A program made the translations under genes and the position numbers. 64,000 nt of DNA, taken from positions 183,754-247,753 of the forward strand of contig WBUL01000005.1 in assembly GCA_008933735.1 (NCBI GenBank), given 5' to 3'. The notes below the pieces were generated by a model that had not been told where the DNA came from, made no database searches, and worked only from the letters and a program-made list of their open reading frames with translations. This document shows, piece by piece, positions 1 to 10,600 of the stretch. Position 1 is the stretch's first letter; each line of letters starts with the position of its first letter. This stretch comes from Anaerolineae bacterium. GTDB lineage: Bacteria; Chloroflexota; Anaerolineae; Aggregatilineales; J027.

Positions 1-439
1 TGGGTAAGTCCGGGCCGCCGACCTCGCGCCAGTTCCGAACGCTGCCCGAAAAAATCGTTCGCAGTTGGGGGGCTGTCAAGGCGTTCAGTTTCAGCGCTGG
101 ATGAACAATGATTGCAAGGCCGTCTTCCCCAATGGGAGTTGCCCACAGTGTTGAGGCATCGGGTAGGAACATCGTCATTCCAAAAAAGGCAGGGTCTTCG
201 TTGACCTGTTTTTGCACGGCTGACCAGTTGGCTTCGCTCAGGCTAATGATAAACAACGAGTCTTCACGCACATAACTCTGGATGAGATCTCGTGCCAGCG
301 GAGCACTGCTGGTTGTTGCCATGAGCCGCAGGTGCGAAATTTCCGGCGTATGCGTAGCCTGGTGGGCTATACCCCGGCAACCTGAGGCCAGCGCCGCTAA
401 CCCAAATATGACGATGGTACGTTTGGCGGTTTTCAGCAC
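1..439 (-). CDS. Substrate-binding lipoprotein, PstS/phosphate-binding-protein-like (N-terminal part only; gene continues beyond window start)
   Basis: Absent from the ORF track because it is open to the window edge. My minus-strand translation from GTG at 439 gives VLKTAKRTIVIFGLAALASGC (signal peptide plus lipobox Cys), then ...LTAPQLRTIFSGSVRNWREVGGPDLP with no stop down to position 1. The QLxxIFxGxxxNWxEVGG pattern is typical of PBP-like phosphate-binding domains. Confidence 0.5.
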   Translation of the reverse strand, partial: MLKTAKRTIVIFGLAALASGCRGIAHQATHTPEISHLRLMATTSSAPLARDLIQSYVREDSLFIISLSEANWSAVQKQVNEDPAFFGMTMFLPDASTLWATPIGEDGLAIIVHPALKLNALTAPQLRTIFSGSVRNWREVGGPDLP

Positions 440-442
440 ATC

Positions 443-1261
443 CTACCCTCGAATGAGGGCTGCTATCAGACTTACTAACCCGAACATCACGCAGTACACC
501 GCAAAGCCATACAATCGACGCTGCCGGAGATAGTTCATCAGGAAGGCGATACAAAAATAGCCTACCGCCGCAGAGGAAATGTAGCCGACAAACAATGCCA
601 ACCCCAGGTCAGAGTCAACACGCTCGCTTCCGGTGAGAATATCCAGCAGCTTTTTTGCTCCTGCACCAAGAATAATCGGAGTCGCCAGCAAAAAGCTGAA
701 GCGGGCCGATCCTTCTCGAATGATGTTGCGAGACAAACCTGCTGAGATCGTGCTCCCCGAACGCGAAATTCCCGGCACAATTGCCACTGCCTGAGCGAAT
801 CCGATGAGAATCGCGTCAATCCAGGTCATGGAATCCAGGTTTTTTTGAGAAGCGGTAATCTGTTCACTGATCGTTAACAGTGCCGCCGTGACCAGCAGCA
901 TCGCAGCCACAAGCGCGGGTTCAGAGAAGGTTTCCTCAAAATAATCTTCAAGAAACATCCCTGCAAGTGCTGCCGGTAGGGTTCCAACGATGATGAATAA
1001 TAATAGCTTTGCTTCGGTTTCCCGTATGGTGCGCTGGCGCAGCGCGGTTAGCCCGGCCTGGAGCAGCCTGAGCCAATCTTGCCAGAAATAGATGATAATT
1101 GCCGTAGTCGTCCCAACATGCACAGCCACATCGTAAACCAGCGGGGGACTGTCCCAGCCCAGCCACCAGGGCACAAGGACCAGGTGGCCGGAACTTGAAA
1201 TTGGCAAAAATTCAGCCGCACCCTGTAGGATGCCTAAAACGAATGCTTCGATTAGATTCAA
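443..1261 (-). CDS. uppP: Undecaprenyl-diphosphate phosphatase (BacA/UppP)
   Basis: 272 aa polytopic membrane protein. The N-terminus AFVLGILQGAAEFLPISSSGHLVL and the later PGISRSGSTISAG are the two conserved UppP motifs. Confidence 0.9.
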   Translation of the reverse strand: MNLIEAFVLGILQGAAEFLPISSSGHLVLVPWWLGWDSPPLVYDVAVHVGTTTAIIIYFWQDWLRLLQAGLTALRQRTIRETEAKLLLFIIVGTLPAALAGMFLEDYFEETFSEPALVAAMLLVTAALLTISEQITASQKNLDSMTWIDAILIGFAQAVAIVPGISRSGSTISAGLSRNIIREGSARFSFLLATPIILGAGAKKLLDILTGSERVDSDLGLALFVGYISSAAVGYFCIAFLMNYLRQRRLYGFAVYCVMFGLVSLIAALIRG

Positions 1262-1279
1262 AGCCGGTACCCCTTTGGT

Positions 1280-2485
<1,206 letters not shown>

Positions 2486-2598
2486 CTAAAGGCCACTATA
2501 ATAACAAGGTGTAAGAAAATTGCAACCGCCGTATTTTTCAACTCCGGGGCAGATGTGATATTGTAGGGATGGTTATTCGAAGCTAGTAAGGGAAAGAC

Positions 2599-3363
2599 AT
2601 GCTAAGGAAGATTCTATTAACCGGACTGGCGGTTATGATCGCCGTTGGCCTGTTACCCGCGCGATGGGTACAGGCGCAAAGCGGGTCCGTTGCGGATATT
2701 GTCTTGATACAATTCAGTTATTACGTGGGGATCAGCCCGCCGCTGACGGCGGGTGAAATGGATCGGGGGGAACTTGATCGGCCATTTGCCGCCGAATATC
2801 GAATTGACCCGGTGGATTTGCGAAGCGCACCTTTAAGCTGCACTTCACCCATTTTGCCCAATGAAGAAATCGTTGTTGGGGTGGTTGGCTGGCGGGTGCA
2901 GATTACCATGCAGGGGCGCTTTTACGAATTTCGTACCAATTACGGCGGATCGGTCGTTATTCGTTGTGTCAACGGGCAGCCGCTTGATTTTAACGGATCA
3001 GCACGCGGCATCGGCGCTACAATCAGCGGTGAATCGGCCACCACTGCCGCGATGAACCATCTGAGTGGACAGTTGGATGTCGGGACCATCACCATCGAAC
3101 GGGCTGAAAATCCCGGTGAAGATGACCCACGTGTTTTCTACAATTGGCGACCTGTTGTATATGCGGATGCCAGCCTCGGTTGCCCTGTGCGCGGTGTCGA
3201 TTACGATGTGCGGGATACGTTTGCCTACAATGTTAACCTGACGGTCAATGGACGGCGCTATAATTACCGGATACGGGGGGATGGTGGTCAGGTTATCTGG
3301 TGCGTAGGCGGACGCCCAGACCAGAGCAGTCTGGGGATTACCTTCCCCGCTGAAGGGCAGTAA
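2599..3363 (+). CDS. Secreted hypothetical protein with an internally duplicated two-Cys domain
   Basis: N-terminal signal peptide (LLTGLAVMIAVGLLPARWVQAQ). Two related segments are visible: ...PLSCTSP...WRVQITMQGRFYEFRTNYGGSVVIRCVNGQP and ...SLGCPVRG...YNVNLTVNGRRYNYRIRGDGGQVIWCVGGRP. Confidence 0.6.
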   Translation: MLRKILLTGLAVMIAVGLLPARWVQAQSGSVADIVLIQFSYYVGISPPLTAGEMDRGELDRPFAAEYRIDPVDLRSAPLSCTSPILPNEEIVVGVVGWRVQITMQGRFYEFRTNYGGSVVIRCVNGQPLDFNGSARGIGATISGESATTAAMNHLSGQLDVGTITIERAENPGEDDPRVFYNWRPVVYADASLGCPVRGVDYDVRDTFAYNVNLTVNGRRYNYRIRGDGGQVIWCVGGRPDQSSLGITFPAEGQ

Positions 3364-3365
3364 AA

Positions 3366-3713
3366 ATGAGCGACATTGACGACCTTCTTAAGGCGCACAC
3401 ACCCGAAGTTCAGCGAATGGTCTCCGTCCTGCGTGAACTGGTCAAAGCGGCTGTGCCAGAGCTTGAGGAAGAAGGCAAACGCGGTTGGGGTAATATTCTA
3501 TACAAAGCAGGTGAGGTGATCTGTGCGATCTCACCTCACAAAAATCATGTCAACGTGAATTTCTATAAAGGAACCAGCCTCAGCGACCCGGATCACCTTT
3601 TGGAAGGGGATGGCAAAGCACTGCGCCATATCAAAATCCGCAGTGTGGAGGACTTCCCTAGAGAACCCCTGACTCGCATGATTCAAGAATCTTACCGCTT
3701 ACGCAACCAATAG
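3366..3713 (+). CDS. DUF1801 (YdhG-like) domain protein
   Basis: 115 aa starting 3 nt after the upstream stop. The pattern ...GWGNILYKAGEVICAISPHKNHVNVNFYKG...ALRHIKIR resembles the DUF1801 family. Assigned from memory of the family only. Confidence 0.55.
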   Translation: MSDIDDLLKAHTPEVQRMVSVLRELVKAAVPELEEEGKRGWGNILYKAGEVICAISPHKNHVNVNFYKGTSLSDPDHLLEGDGKALRHIKIRSVEDFPREPLTRMIQESYRLRNQ

Positions 3714-3740
3714 CCGCTAAAAACGTAATAGAATAGGACA

Positions 3741-3769
3741 AAAAATCCCATACACTTATGGGATTTTTT
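3741..3769. terminator. Rho-independent, potentially bidirectional terminator
   Basis: Perfect 12 bp stem AAAAATCCCATA / TATGGGATTTTT with a CACT loop. It is flanked by an A-run and a T-run. Confidence 0.8.
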
Positions 3770-3798
3770 ACGTTGCTTTGGGTTGGTAAGGAGAGAAA

Positions 3799-5574
3799 TT
3801 GTACAGACGACGCCACGAACCACGACCTATACCGGATGTTTCAATTGATACCCGACGTGTTCTGTGTTATTTGCGCCCGCACTGGAAACGGATGGTTGTC
3901 GCTTGCATCGCCCTGATCGGTGCGACCCTCCTGGGACTGGTTTTCCCAATGGTGGTCAAGAATCTGCTGGACGAGGTGCTGATCTTGGAGAGCAGTGCAC
4001 AACTCAATCGGCTTACCCTCGGTTTAATGGGGGTATTTCTGCTGCAATCGGTGTTCAAATTTGTCCAGAATTACCAGCTCGCCTATGTTGGTGAACTCAT
4101 TATCCTGGATGTGCGCGAACACCTGTTTAACCATCTGACGCGCCTGTCGCTTGGTTTTTTCAATGATCGTCGCACGGGTGAACTGGTCAGCCGTTTTTCA
4201 TCGGATGCGATGCGACTGCGCGGCGTCCTGACTTCTCAGGTCACGACTATCCTTTCTCAGTCGATGACGCTCGTGGGCTCGCTGGGCATGATGATTTACC
4301 TTAATTGGCGTCTTATGGCGTTTATCGCTGTAATTGTGCCTATCATCGTGGGTATAGGCAGGTACTTTGGCGCGTTGATGCGGAAACTCAGCACCGAAAA
4401 ACAGGATGCCGTTGCTGTTTCAATGGTCACCGTTGAAGAAGCAATCACCGGGATTCGGGTGGTGAAGTCGTTTGCGCGGGAGGATTTTGAAGAGCAGCGC
4501 TACCGCAAAAGCCAGGACGATGTTTTCCATGTCGCTCGCAAAAATATGCGTGTGAACAACATCTTTAACCCGTTGATGTCTTTTGTTGGGTTTGCGTCCC
4601 TTTCAGCATTCTTATGGATGGGCGGGCGCGAAGTCCTGGCCGGGAATCTTTCGGCGGGAGAACTGGTTGCCTTCATGTTTTACGGTTCTAATGTCGCCGG
4701 CAGCCTGACCAGTTTTGTTGGGGTGTATACCAGTGTGCAAGAAGCCATTGGCGGTACCAAGCGCATTTTTGAGATCATCGATATGCAGCCAGAGATTGCC
4801 GACAAGCCCCACGCAAAGTCTTTGCCTGCCGTGACTGGCGAAATCCGGTTCGAGGACGTATCGTTCGCGTATCGGGAGGGAGTGCCTGTGCTGCATAACA
4901 TTAATTTGACGGTGCTGCCCGGCGAAATTCTGGCGCTCGTTGGGCCATCGGGCGCGGGCAAAACAACGCTGTTTAATTTGATCCCCCGTTTTTACGATCC
5001 GGATTCAGGCTGTATCAGGGTCGATGGAATGGATATTCGGGAGGTTACCCAGCGCAGTTTACGGTCACAGATTGGCATTGTGCCACAGGATACCCAGCTT
5101 TTTGGCGGGACCATCCGTGATAACATCCTCTACGGCAAATTAAACGCGACGGATGCAGAACTTATTGAAGCCGCCGAAGCCGCCAATGCACACGAGTTCA
5201 TCATGGAATTTCCCGACGGCTATGATACGGTCGTGGGGGAGCGCGGTGTGAAGCTCAGCGGTGGACAGCGTCAGCGGATTGCCATTGCACGGGCGATTCT
5301 CAAAAATCCGCGTATTTTACTGCTGGACGAGGCCACCAGTTCTCTTGACAGCGAGTCGGAAGGCCTGGTACAGGAAGCCTTACAGCGTCTGATGCACAAT
5401 CGCACAACTGTGATTATCGCGCACCGTCTGAGCACCATTAAGTCGGCGGATCGAATTGCCGTGCTGCAAAAAGGGCAGATCATTGAACTGGGTACCCACG
5501 AAGAATTGATGGCTCATGATCAGCTTTACGCACGACTCTATAACATGCAGTTCCGTGAACTGGAAGTGGCGTAG
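3799..5574 (+). CDS. ABC exporter, fused permease/ATPase (MsbA/type I exporter family), paralog 1
   Basis: TTG start after AAGGAGAG. Six-helix TMD, Walker A GPSGAGKTT, signature LSGGQRQR and Walker B ILLLDEATS. Confidence 0.9.
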   Translation: MYRRRHEPRPIPDVSIDTRRVLCYLRPHWKRMVVACIALIGATLLGLVFPMVVKNLLDEVLILESSAQLNRLTLGLMGVFLLQSVFKFVQNYQLAYVGELIILDVREHLFNHLTRLSLGFFNDRRTGELVSRFSSDAMRLRGVLTSQVTTILSQSMTLVGSLGMMIYLNWRLMAFIAVIVPIIVGIGRYFGALMRKLSTEKQDAVAVSMVTVEEAITGIRVVKSFAREDFEEQRYRKSQDDVFHVARKNMRVNNIFNPLMSFVGFASLSAFLWMGGREVLAGNLSAGELVAFMFYGSNVAGSLTSFVGVYTSVQEAIGGTKRIFEIIDMQPEIADKPHAKSLPAVTGEIRFEDVSFAYREGVPVLHNINLTVLPGEILALVGPSGAGKTTLFNLIPRFYDPDSGCIRVDGMDIREVTQRSLRSQIGIVPQDTQLFGGTIRDNILYGKLNATDAELIEAAEAANAHEFIMEFPDGYDTVVGERGVKLSGGQRQRIAIARAILKNPRILLLDEATSSLDSESEGLVQEALQRLMHNRTTVIIAHRLSTIKSADRIAVLQKGQIIELGTHEELMAHDQLYARLYNMQFRELEVA

Positions 5575-5587
5575 CACGGCTGTTCGC

Positions 5588-7607
5588 TCACTGCCGGGGG
5601 AAAAAAGGAATATCCGACTGGATAACAGATTCTATGGGTATCACATCATTAGCAAAGGGCTGTTGGGTGGTCAGGTCAAGCGGGCTTAATCGAACGATGT
5701 TGGACACCCAGTAAACTCCGGTTGAGAGTTGTAAACAGTCCTCATCAACCGGGGACGAGAGGAAAATCTGCCGAATATCCGTGATGGGCTGCCTGCTTTC
5801 CCACTCCGAAATTGGATACAGGTTGCCCCATAAATCTCCATCAGCCTGCCCCACAAATTCTGCGCCGCAAAAGGCATGAACAAAGACGCGCACCGGGGCA
5901 GGCTGGTCTATTTCCCACTGGGTCAGAATTGTGATCGTTTGCTGGTCTGAAGCAAAATGCGCCTCAGCATGGAGTAGTGATAGACCAATTTCAGGGTAGG
6001 CCACCTGGGGAGCCCCCGGCAGGGTCGCCGCATGTCCACCCGTATACACGGGGTAAAAATCTTTTCCCTGGAAGTAGGTCACGATGACATGGTCGGTCTG
6101 GTCGAGAGTGCTGTATAGCTCTTCCCCGAAAATCGGGGAATTCTGGGGTGTAAAATTAAATGGCTTATACTTAATACTTTCCAGGTGCGCTGCCACGCGG
6201 TCAAAAGGGGCGGCAGCGGGTTGATTGGTGTTCAGGCGGACAAAGGCGTTGTAATCGCTGCCGTTCAACATAAACACGCTGCCTTCCGTGCCGAGCAAAA
6301 AGGTTGTTTTATGAGGTGAAAGATACGCCGGCGCATTCACCAGCAGCACCTGCTGGTCGTTATAAATCAAGTGTGATTCCACTACGTCTATCAACTGCCA
6401 GCCGTATTGACTTTGCAGGAGCATTTCTTCCCGCCGCGCCGACAGAAAAGGAAGGCTCACCAGCACCGGGACTGCTAACAGGGTAAGCACCATATTTCGC
6501 CAGAGGCGTTTGAACGAATGGAGCAGCCCCCCAAGAGCTGCTCCCCAGAAAAGGCTCGCTCCCAGTGCGCTGATATACATGAGGCGCGGCGAACCGAGGG
6601 TGTAGTTCAGTTCCAGGAAAAATATAGAGGGTATGGCAGCTATCAAATACCAGCCAAGACCGAACAGTGCTGGCAGCATCAGGCGGGGGGGCACGAAACC
6701 AGACCAGGACAAGAGTAAGCCCTGCCAGCCCGATGGTGAGCGCCATCGAAAGGTTAATGTAGGGTGAGGCCTCACCATAGCCTAAGATGCGGCGTGCAGC
6801 CGCGTGAGTCGGATAGCCCAACCCCTGCAAAAAATAGGAGGCGGTGAAGTTGGGGGAGACATTTCGTGTGATGTAGGCTTCCGCCGCGTGCGGCACGGTA
6901 TATCGAAGACCCAGATACACTCCTGACAGGGCAATCACTGGAAGCAGTATGGCGGCTGTACGCCAGAAGTTCGGCCGAACCCGAAATGCTCTCACCATCA
7001 CCAGCCCTACCATAAAAGGCAACAGCAGCACCCCATTTTCGTGAGCGAATGTCCCCGCAAGAGCGCTGAACCAGACCAGCATCAAAATTGGGAATCCGGC
7101 ACGTTTTTGCAGCCATCTTACTGATGCCCACAGAGACAGGCAGACGGCGAAGCCGGTCAGGATGTGGAAAAAGGAACTGATCCATATCACGGCCTGATAG
7201 CTGAAGGGGAAAATAATGAAGGCAGTCCCGGCGATCCCCATGGCTCCCCGGCTTTTTTGAGAAAGATGATAGGCGATTTGCCCGATGAGAACACCCGTCG
7301 CACCAAAAAGGAGAACGTTCAGCCAGTGGTATACAGCAGGTTGACGGGGCGAAATGATTTCATCCACCAGTTTCCACACAGAAAAGGTCATCGGACGGTA
7401 GTAGGGAAATGCCGGATCACCATCCCACTGCTCAATACCATCGCCCTCGGTCACAATCTGAAAATTGGGGATGTCATCCAGATAAAACGGAATGCGGACA
7501 GTGTATCCATATAGCAAAATGGCAATCAGCAGGGGAAACACTGCCCATAGTAGATGAAATTTCTTGCTCATGCCACCTATCATAGACAGCCTTGAGATGG
7601 CATTCAA
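5588..7607 (-). pseudogene. GT-C fold membrane glycosyltransferase (PMT/ArnT/TMTC-like), split by a frameshift at a C7 (plus-strand G7) tract
   Basis: Two overlapping minus-strand ORFs (6360..7607 and 5588..6778). Each reads as plausible membrane protein only on one side of the G7 run at 6685-6691. The N-terminal first-loop motif IPFYLDDIPNF (DD motif) and many TM helices fit a GT-C enzyme. Removing one C would fuse them into a roughly 670 aa protein. The start could also be M at 7571. Confidence 0.6.
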
Positions 7608-7703
7608 GGGAGGGGCAGTTTCAAGGAGCGATTGATTTTTACGCTCCTCTTACGGTCGGTGTGCTAGACTCGCATTGTTCTACTTTTCACGAGGTAAGCC
7701 CTT

Positions 7704-9497
7704 ATGCGACGAAGACGCCGCCGTTTTGCCCCTTCCGATGACAAACCTCTGCCCGAAGTACCCGTCAGCTACCGCCGTCTGTTTGGATATTTGCGCCCGT
7801 ACTGGCTGCGAATGGCGATTGCGATTGTGATGCTGCTGCTGGCCTCGCTGCTGGGGCTGGTGTTTCCGTTGGTGATACGGAATCTGCTGGATGTGGTGCT
7901 GGATTCGGACAGCGTAGACCGTCTGAATCAGTTCACGGTGTTTCTGGTTGTGGTTTTTGCCGGGCAGTCAGTCCTGCGCTTTTTTGAAGGCTACAATCTG
8001 GCCTACATAGGCGAACGGATTGTGCTGGATTTGCGGAAAAGCCTGTTTGAAAAACTTACTGAACTCTCCCTCAATTTTCATACTGAACGGCGCGTTGGGG
8101 AACTGGTGAACCGTATTACCGAAGATACCACGAAGCTGCAATCGGCACTGACTTCAAGCCTCAGCACCACCCTGTCACAGAGTGTCTCGCTGATGGGGGC
8201 GCTGGTCATCATGGTGGTGCTGAACTGGCGGTTGATGACCTTCATCATCGTGATCATCCCGATCATCGTGGTGATTGCAGTATTTTTCGGGTTACGCCTG
8301 CAAAATCTCAGCCGCCGTCGTACCGATGCCAATGCAGATGCAACGGTGGTTGCAGAAGAAACCCTCAGTGGGATTCGAGTGGTTAAATCCTTTGTGCGTG
8401 AAGCTTATGAGACTCAGCGCTATGACAGCCGTCTGAGCGCCGCCTTCAAAATCACCATGCGGCTGATTCTGGTGCGGAATATTTTTGGGCCTGTTATGGC
8501 ATTTATCGGGTTTGGCTCGCTCGCAGGATTTTTGTGGTTTGGCGGACGGGAAGTACTGGAAGGGCGGCTTTCCGGTGGCGAGTTCGCCGCGTTTATGCTG
8601 TATGGATTCACGGTGGCCGCCAGTATTGGTAGCTTTGTCGGACTGTACAGTGAATTGCAGGAAGCCATAGGGTCTACCCGCCGCATTTTTGAAATTCTGG
8701 ATACCCCTCCCGCGATTGACGATGCCCCTGATGCGGTTACATTGAACAATGTCGAGGGCCGGATTAGCTTTGAGGATGTCCATTTCGCCTATGATTCACG
8801 CTCGCCTGTTTTGCAGGACATTGATCTGGAAGTCCATGCGGGCGAGGTTTTGGCCCTGGTTGGGCCGTCCGGAGCGGGTAAAACGACTCTATTTAACCTG
8901 ATTCCGCGCTTTTATGACCCTCTGTCCGGCGTGATTAAAATCGATGGGCACGACATTCGGCGTATTGCCAACAAAAATCTGCGCTCACATATTGGTATTG
9001 TGCCCCAGGATACCCAGATTTTTGGCGGGACGATCCGGGAAAATATCCTCTACGGCAAACTTGACGCCAGCGAAGCGGAACTGATCGAAGCCGCAAAAGC
9101 GGCGAACGCCCACGAGTTTATTCTGGAATTTCCTGATGGCTATGATACCGTTGTGGGGGAGCGGGGCGTGAAGCTCAGCGGTGGGCAGCGTCAGCGCATT
9201 GCGATTGCGCGGGCGATTCTCAAAAATCCGAGCATCCTGCTGCTGGACGAGGCGACCAGTTCCCTGGACAGCGAATCGGAAGGATTGGTACAGGAGGCGC
9301 TGGAACGGCTGATGCAAAACCGCACAACGATTATCATCGCGCACCGCCTGAGTACTATTAAGGCGGCTGACCGGATTGCGGTTCTGGATGATGGGCGGAT
9401 CACCGAACTTGGGACGCATGAAGAACTTATGGCGCATAATGGTCTGTATGCCCGGCTCTATAATTTGCAGTTCAGGGAGGTGGAATTGATGCCATGA
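7704..9497 (+). CDS. ABC exporter, fused permease/ATPase (MsbA/type I exporter family), paralog 2
   Basis: Same architecture as 3799..5574, with Walker A GPSGAGKTT, LSGGQRQR and ILLLDEATS. The NBD is nearly identical to paralog 1 at the protein level. Confidence 0.9.
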   Translation: MRRRRRRFAPSDDKPLPEVPVSYRRLFGYLRPYWLRMAIAIVMLLLASLLGLVFPLVIRNLLDVVLDSDSVDRLNQFTVFLVVVFAGQSVLRFFEGYNLAYIGERIVLDLRKSLFEKLTELSLNFHTERRVGELVNRITEDTTKLQSALTSSLSTTLSQSVSLMGALVIMVVLNWRLMTFIIVIIPIIVVIAVFFGLRLQNLSRRRTDANADATVVAEETLSGIRVVKSFVREAYETQRYDSRLSAAFKITMRLILVRNIFGPVMAFIGFGSLAGFLWFGGREVLEGRLSGGEFAAFMLYGFTVAASIGSFVGLYSELQEAIGSTRRIFEILDTPPAIDDAPDAVTLNNVEGRISFEDVHFAYDSRSPVLQDIDLEVHAGEVLALVGPSGAGKTTLFNLIPRFYDPLSGVIKIDGHDIRRIANKNLRSHIGIVPQDTQIFGGTIRENILYGKLDASEAELIEAAKAANAHEFILEFPDGYDTVVGERGVKLSGGQRQRIAIARAILKNPSILLLDEATSSLDSESEGLVQEALERLMQNRTTIIIAHRLSTIKAADRIAVLDDGRITELGTHEELMAHNGLYARLYNLQFREVELMP

Positions 9498-10507
9498 GAG
9501 CGATGCAGCTCACAACTCCTGCACCTGTCGAAACCAAACCTCTGCACCTGTTAGTGTTGGATCCTCCTGTGCCCGCGCCGGATCACCTGCTGGTGCGCGT
9601 TCTTGCCTGCGGAGTGTGTCATACCGATTTGCATCTTGTGGAAGGGGAACTCCAAAACCCGCAGTTACCTATTATCCCAGGGCATGAAATTGTTGGCGTT
9701 GTGGAATCCGTTGGCGCACAAGTGACCCGTTTTCAACCCGGCACACGAGTCGGGATCCCCTGGCTGCATGAAACCTGCGGGGTGTGTGAATTTTGCCAGC
9801 GCGAGCAGGAAAATCTGTGTGAGAAGGCACGCTTTACCGGTTACACCGCGCAGGGCGGTTATGCCGAATATACGACGGTGCACGAAAACTTTGCCGTACC
9901 TGTCCCCGAAAATTTTTCCGATGTTGAAGCAGCGCCGCTCTTATGTGCGGGAATCGTGGGTTACCGTTCGCTGCGCCTCTCCGATTTACAACCGGGTGAA
10001 CGTCTGGGGTTGTATGGTTTCGGTGCAAGCGCCCATATTGGCATTCAGGTGGCAACTTACTGGGGCTGTGAGGTGTTTGTTTTTACTCGCAGCACTGATC
10101 ATCAAAAACACGCGCTGGAACTCGGTGCAAAATGGGTGGGTCAGGCACACGATTCCCCGCCCGTGAAACTGGATCGTGCGATTATTTTCGCGCCTGCGGG
10201 ATGGATCGTGCCTCAAGCGCTGGGGCAGCTTCGCAAGGGAGGAACCCTGTGCATCAATGCGATTCACATGAGTGACCTTCCTGTAATGCGCTACTCCCTC
10301 TTGTGGCATGAGCGCACGATTCGCAGCGTCGCCAACGCGACACGCCGTGATGCCGAGGAATTCATGCGGTTGGCGGGGAAGATTCCGCTGCAAATAACAA
10401 CACAGACCTTTGATTTAGATGAGGCGAATCATGCCCTGCTGCAAATGAAAACCAGCCAGATCAAGGGGTCGGGCGTCCTGAGAATCAGCCAACCCGACCC
10501 GTCGTGA
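9494..10507 (+). CDS. Zinc-dependent alcohol dehydrogenase (MDR family)
   Basis: Catalytic zinc ligands in GVCHTDLHLVEG and PIIPGHEIVG. Structural zinc loop CGVCEFCQREQENLC. The start overlaps the ABC gene stop by 4 nt. Confidence 0.85.
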   Translation: MRAMQLTTPAPVETKPLHLLVLDPPVPAPDHLLVRVLACGVCHTDLHLVEGELQNPQLPIIPGHEIVGVVESVGAQVTRFQPGTRVGIPWLHETCGVCEFCQREQENLCEKARFTGYTAQGGYAEYTTVHENFAVPVPENFSDVEAAPLLCAGIVGYRSLRLSDLQPGERLGLYGFGASAHIGIQVATYWGCEVFVFTRSTDHQKHALELGAKWVGQAHDSPPVKLDRAIIFAPAGWIVPQALGQLRKGGTLCINAIHMSDLPVMRYSLLWHERTIRSVANATRRDAEEFMRLAGKIPLQITTQTFDLDEANHALLQMKTSQIKGSGVLRISQPDPS

Positions 10508-10600
10508 CTTCACTATACGCTTCAGCAGAAAAAGCAAAAGACCCCGTTGCTGTAAATTCAAGGTCATCGCCGCCATTTCAGCGGATCAAGGTCTCGGAGG

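Noticed and set aside
264-554. ORFs 264..554(-) and 282..533(+) at the left edge.
   Set aside because: A different minus-strand frame, open to the window edge and starting at GTG 439, gives a signal peptide, a lipobox and a PstS-like motif. The listed ORFs have no features and overlap uppP.
10554-10561. Shared octamer AAATTCAA near both island ends (10554-10561 and 32583-32590), considered as possible att core repeats.
   Set aside because: An 8-mer match between two roughly 150 bp windows is expected by chance about one time in three. Serine recombinases also do not require long direct repeats.
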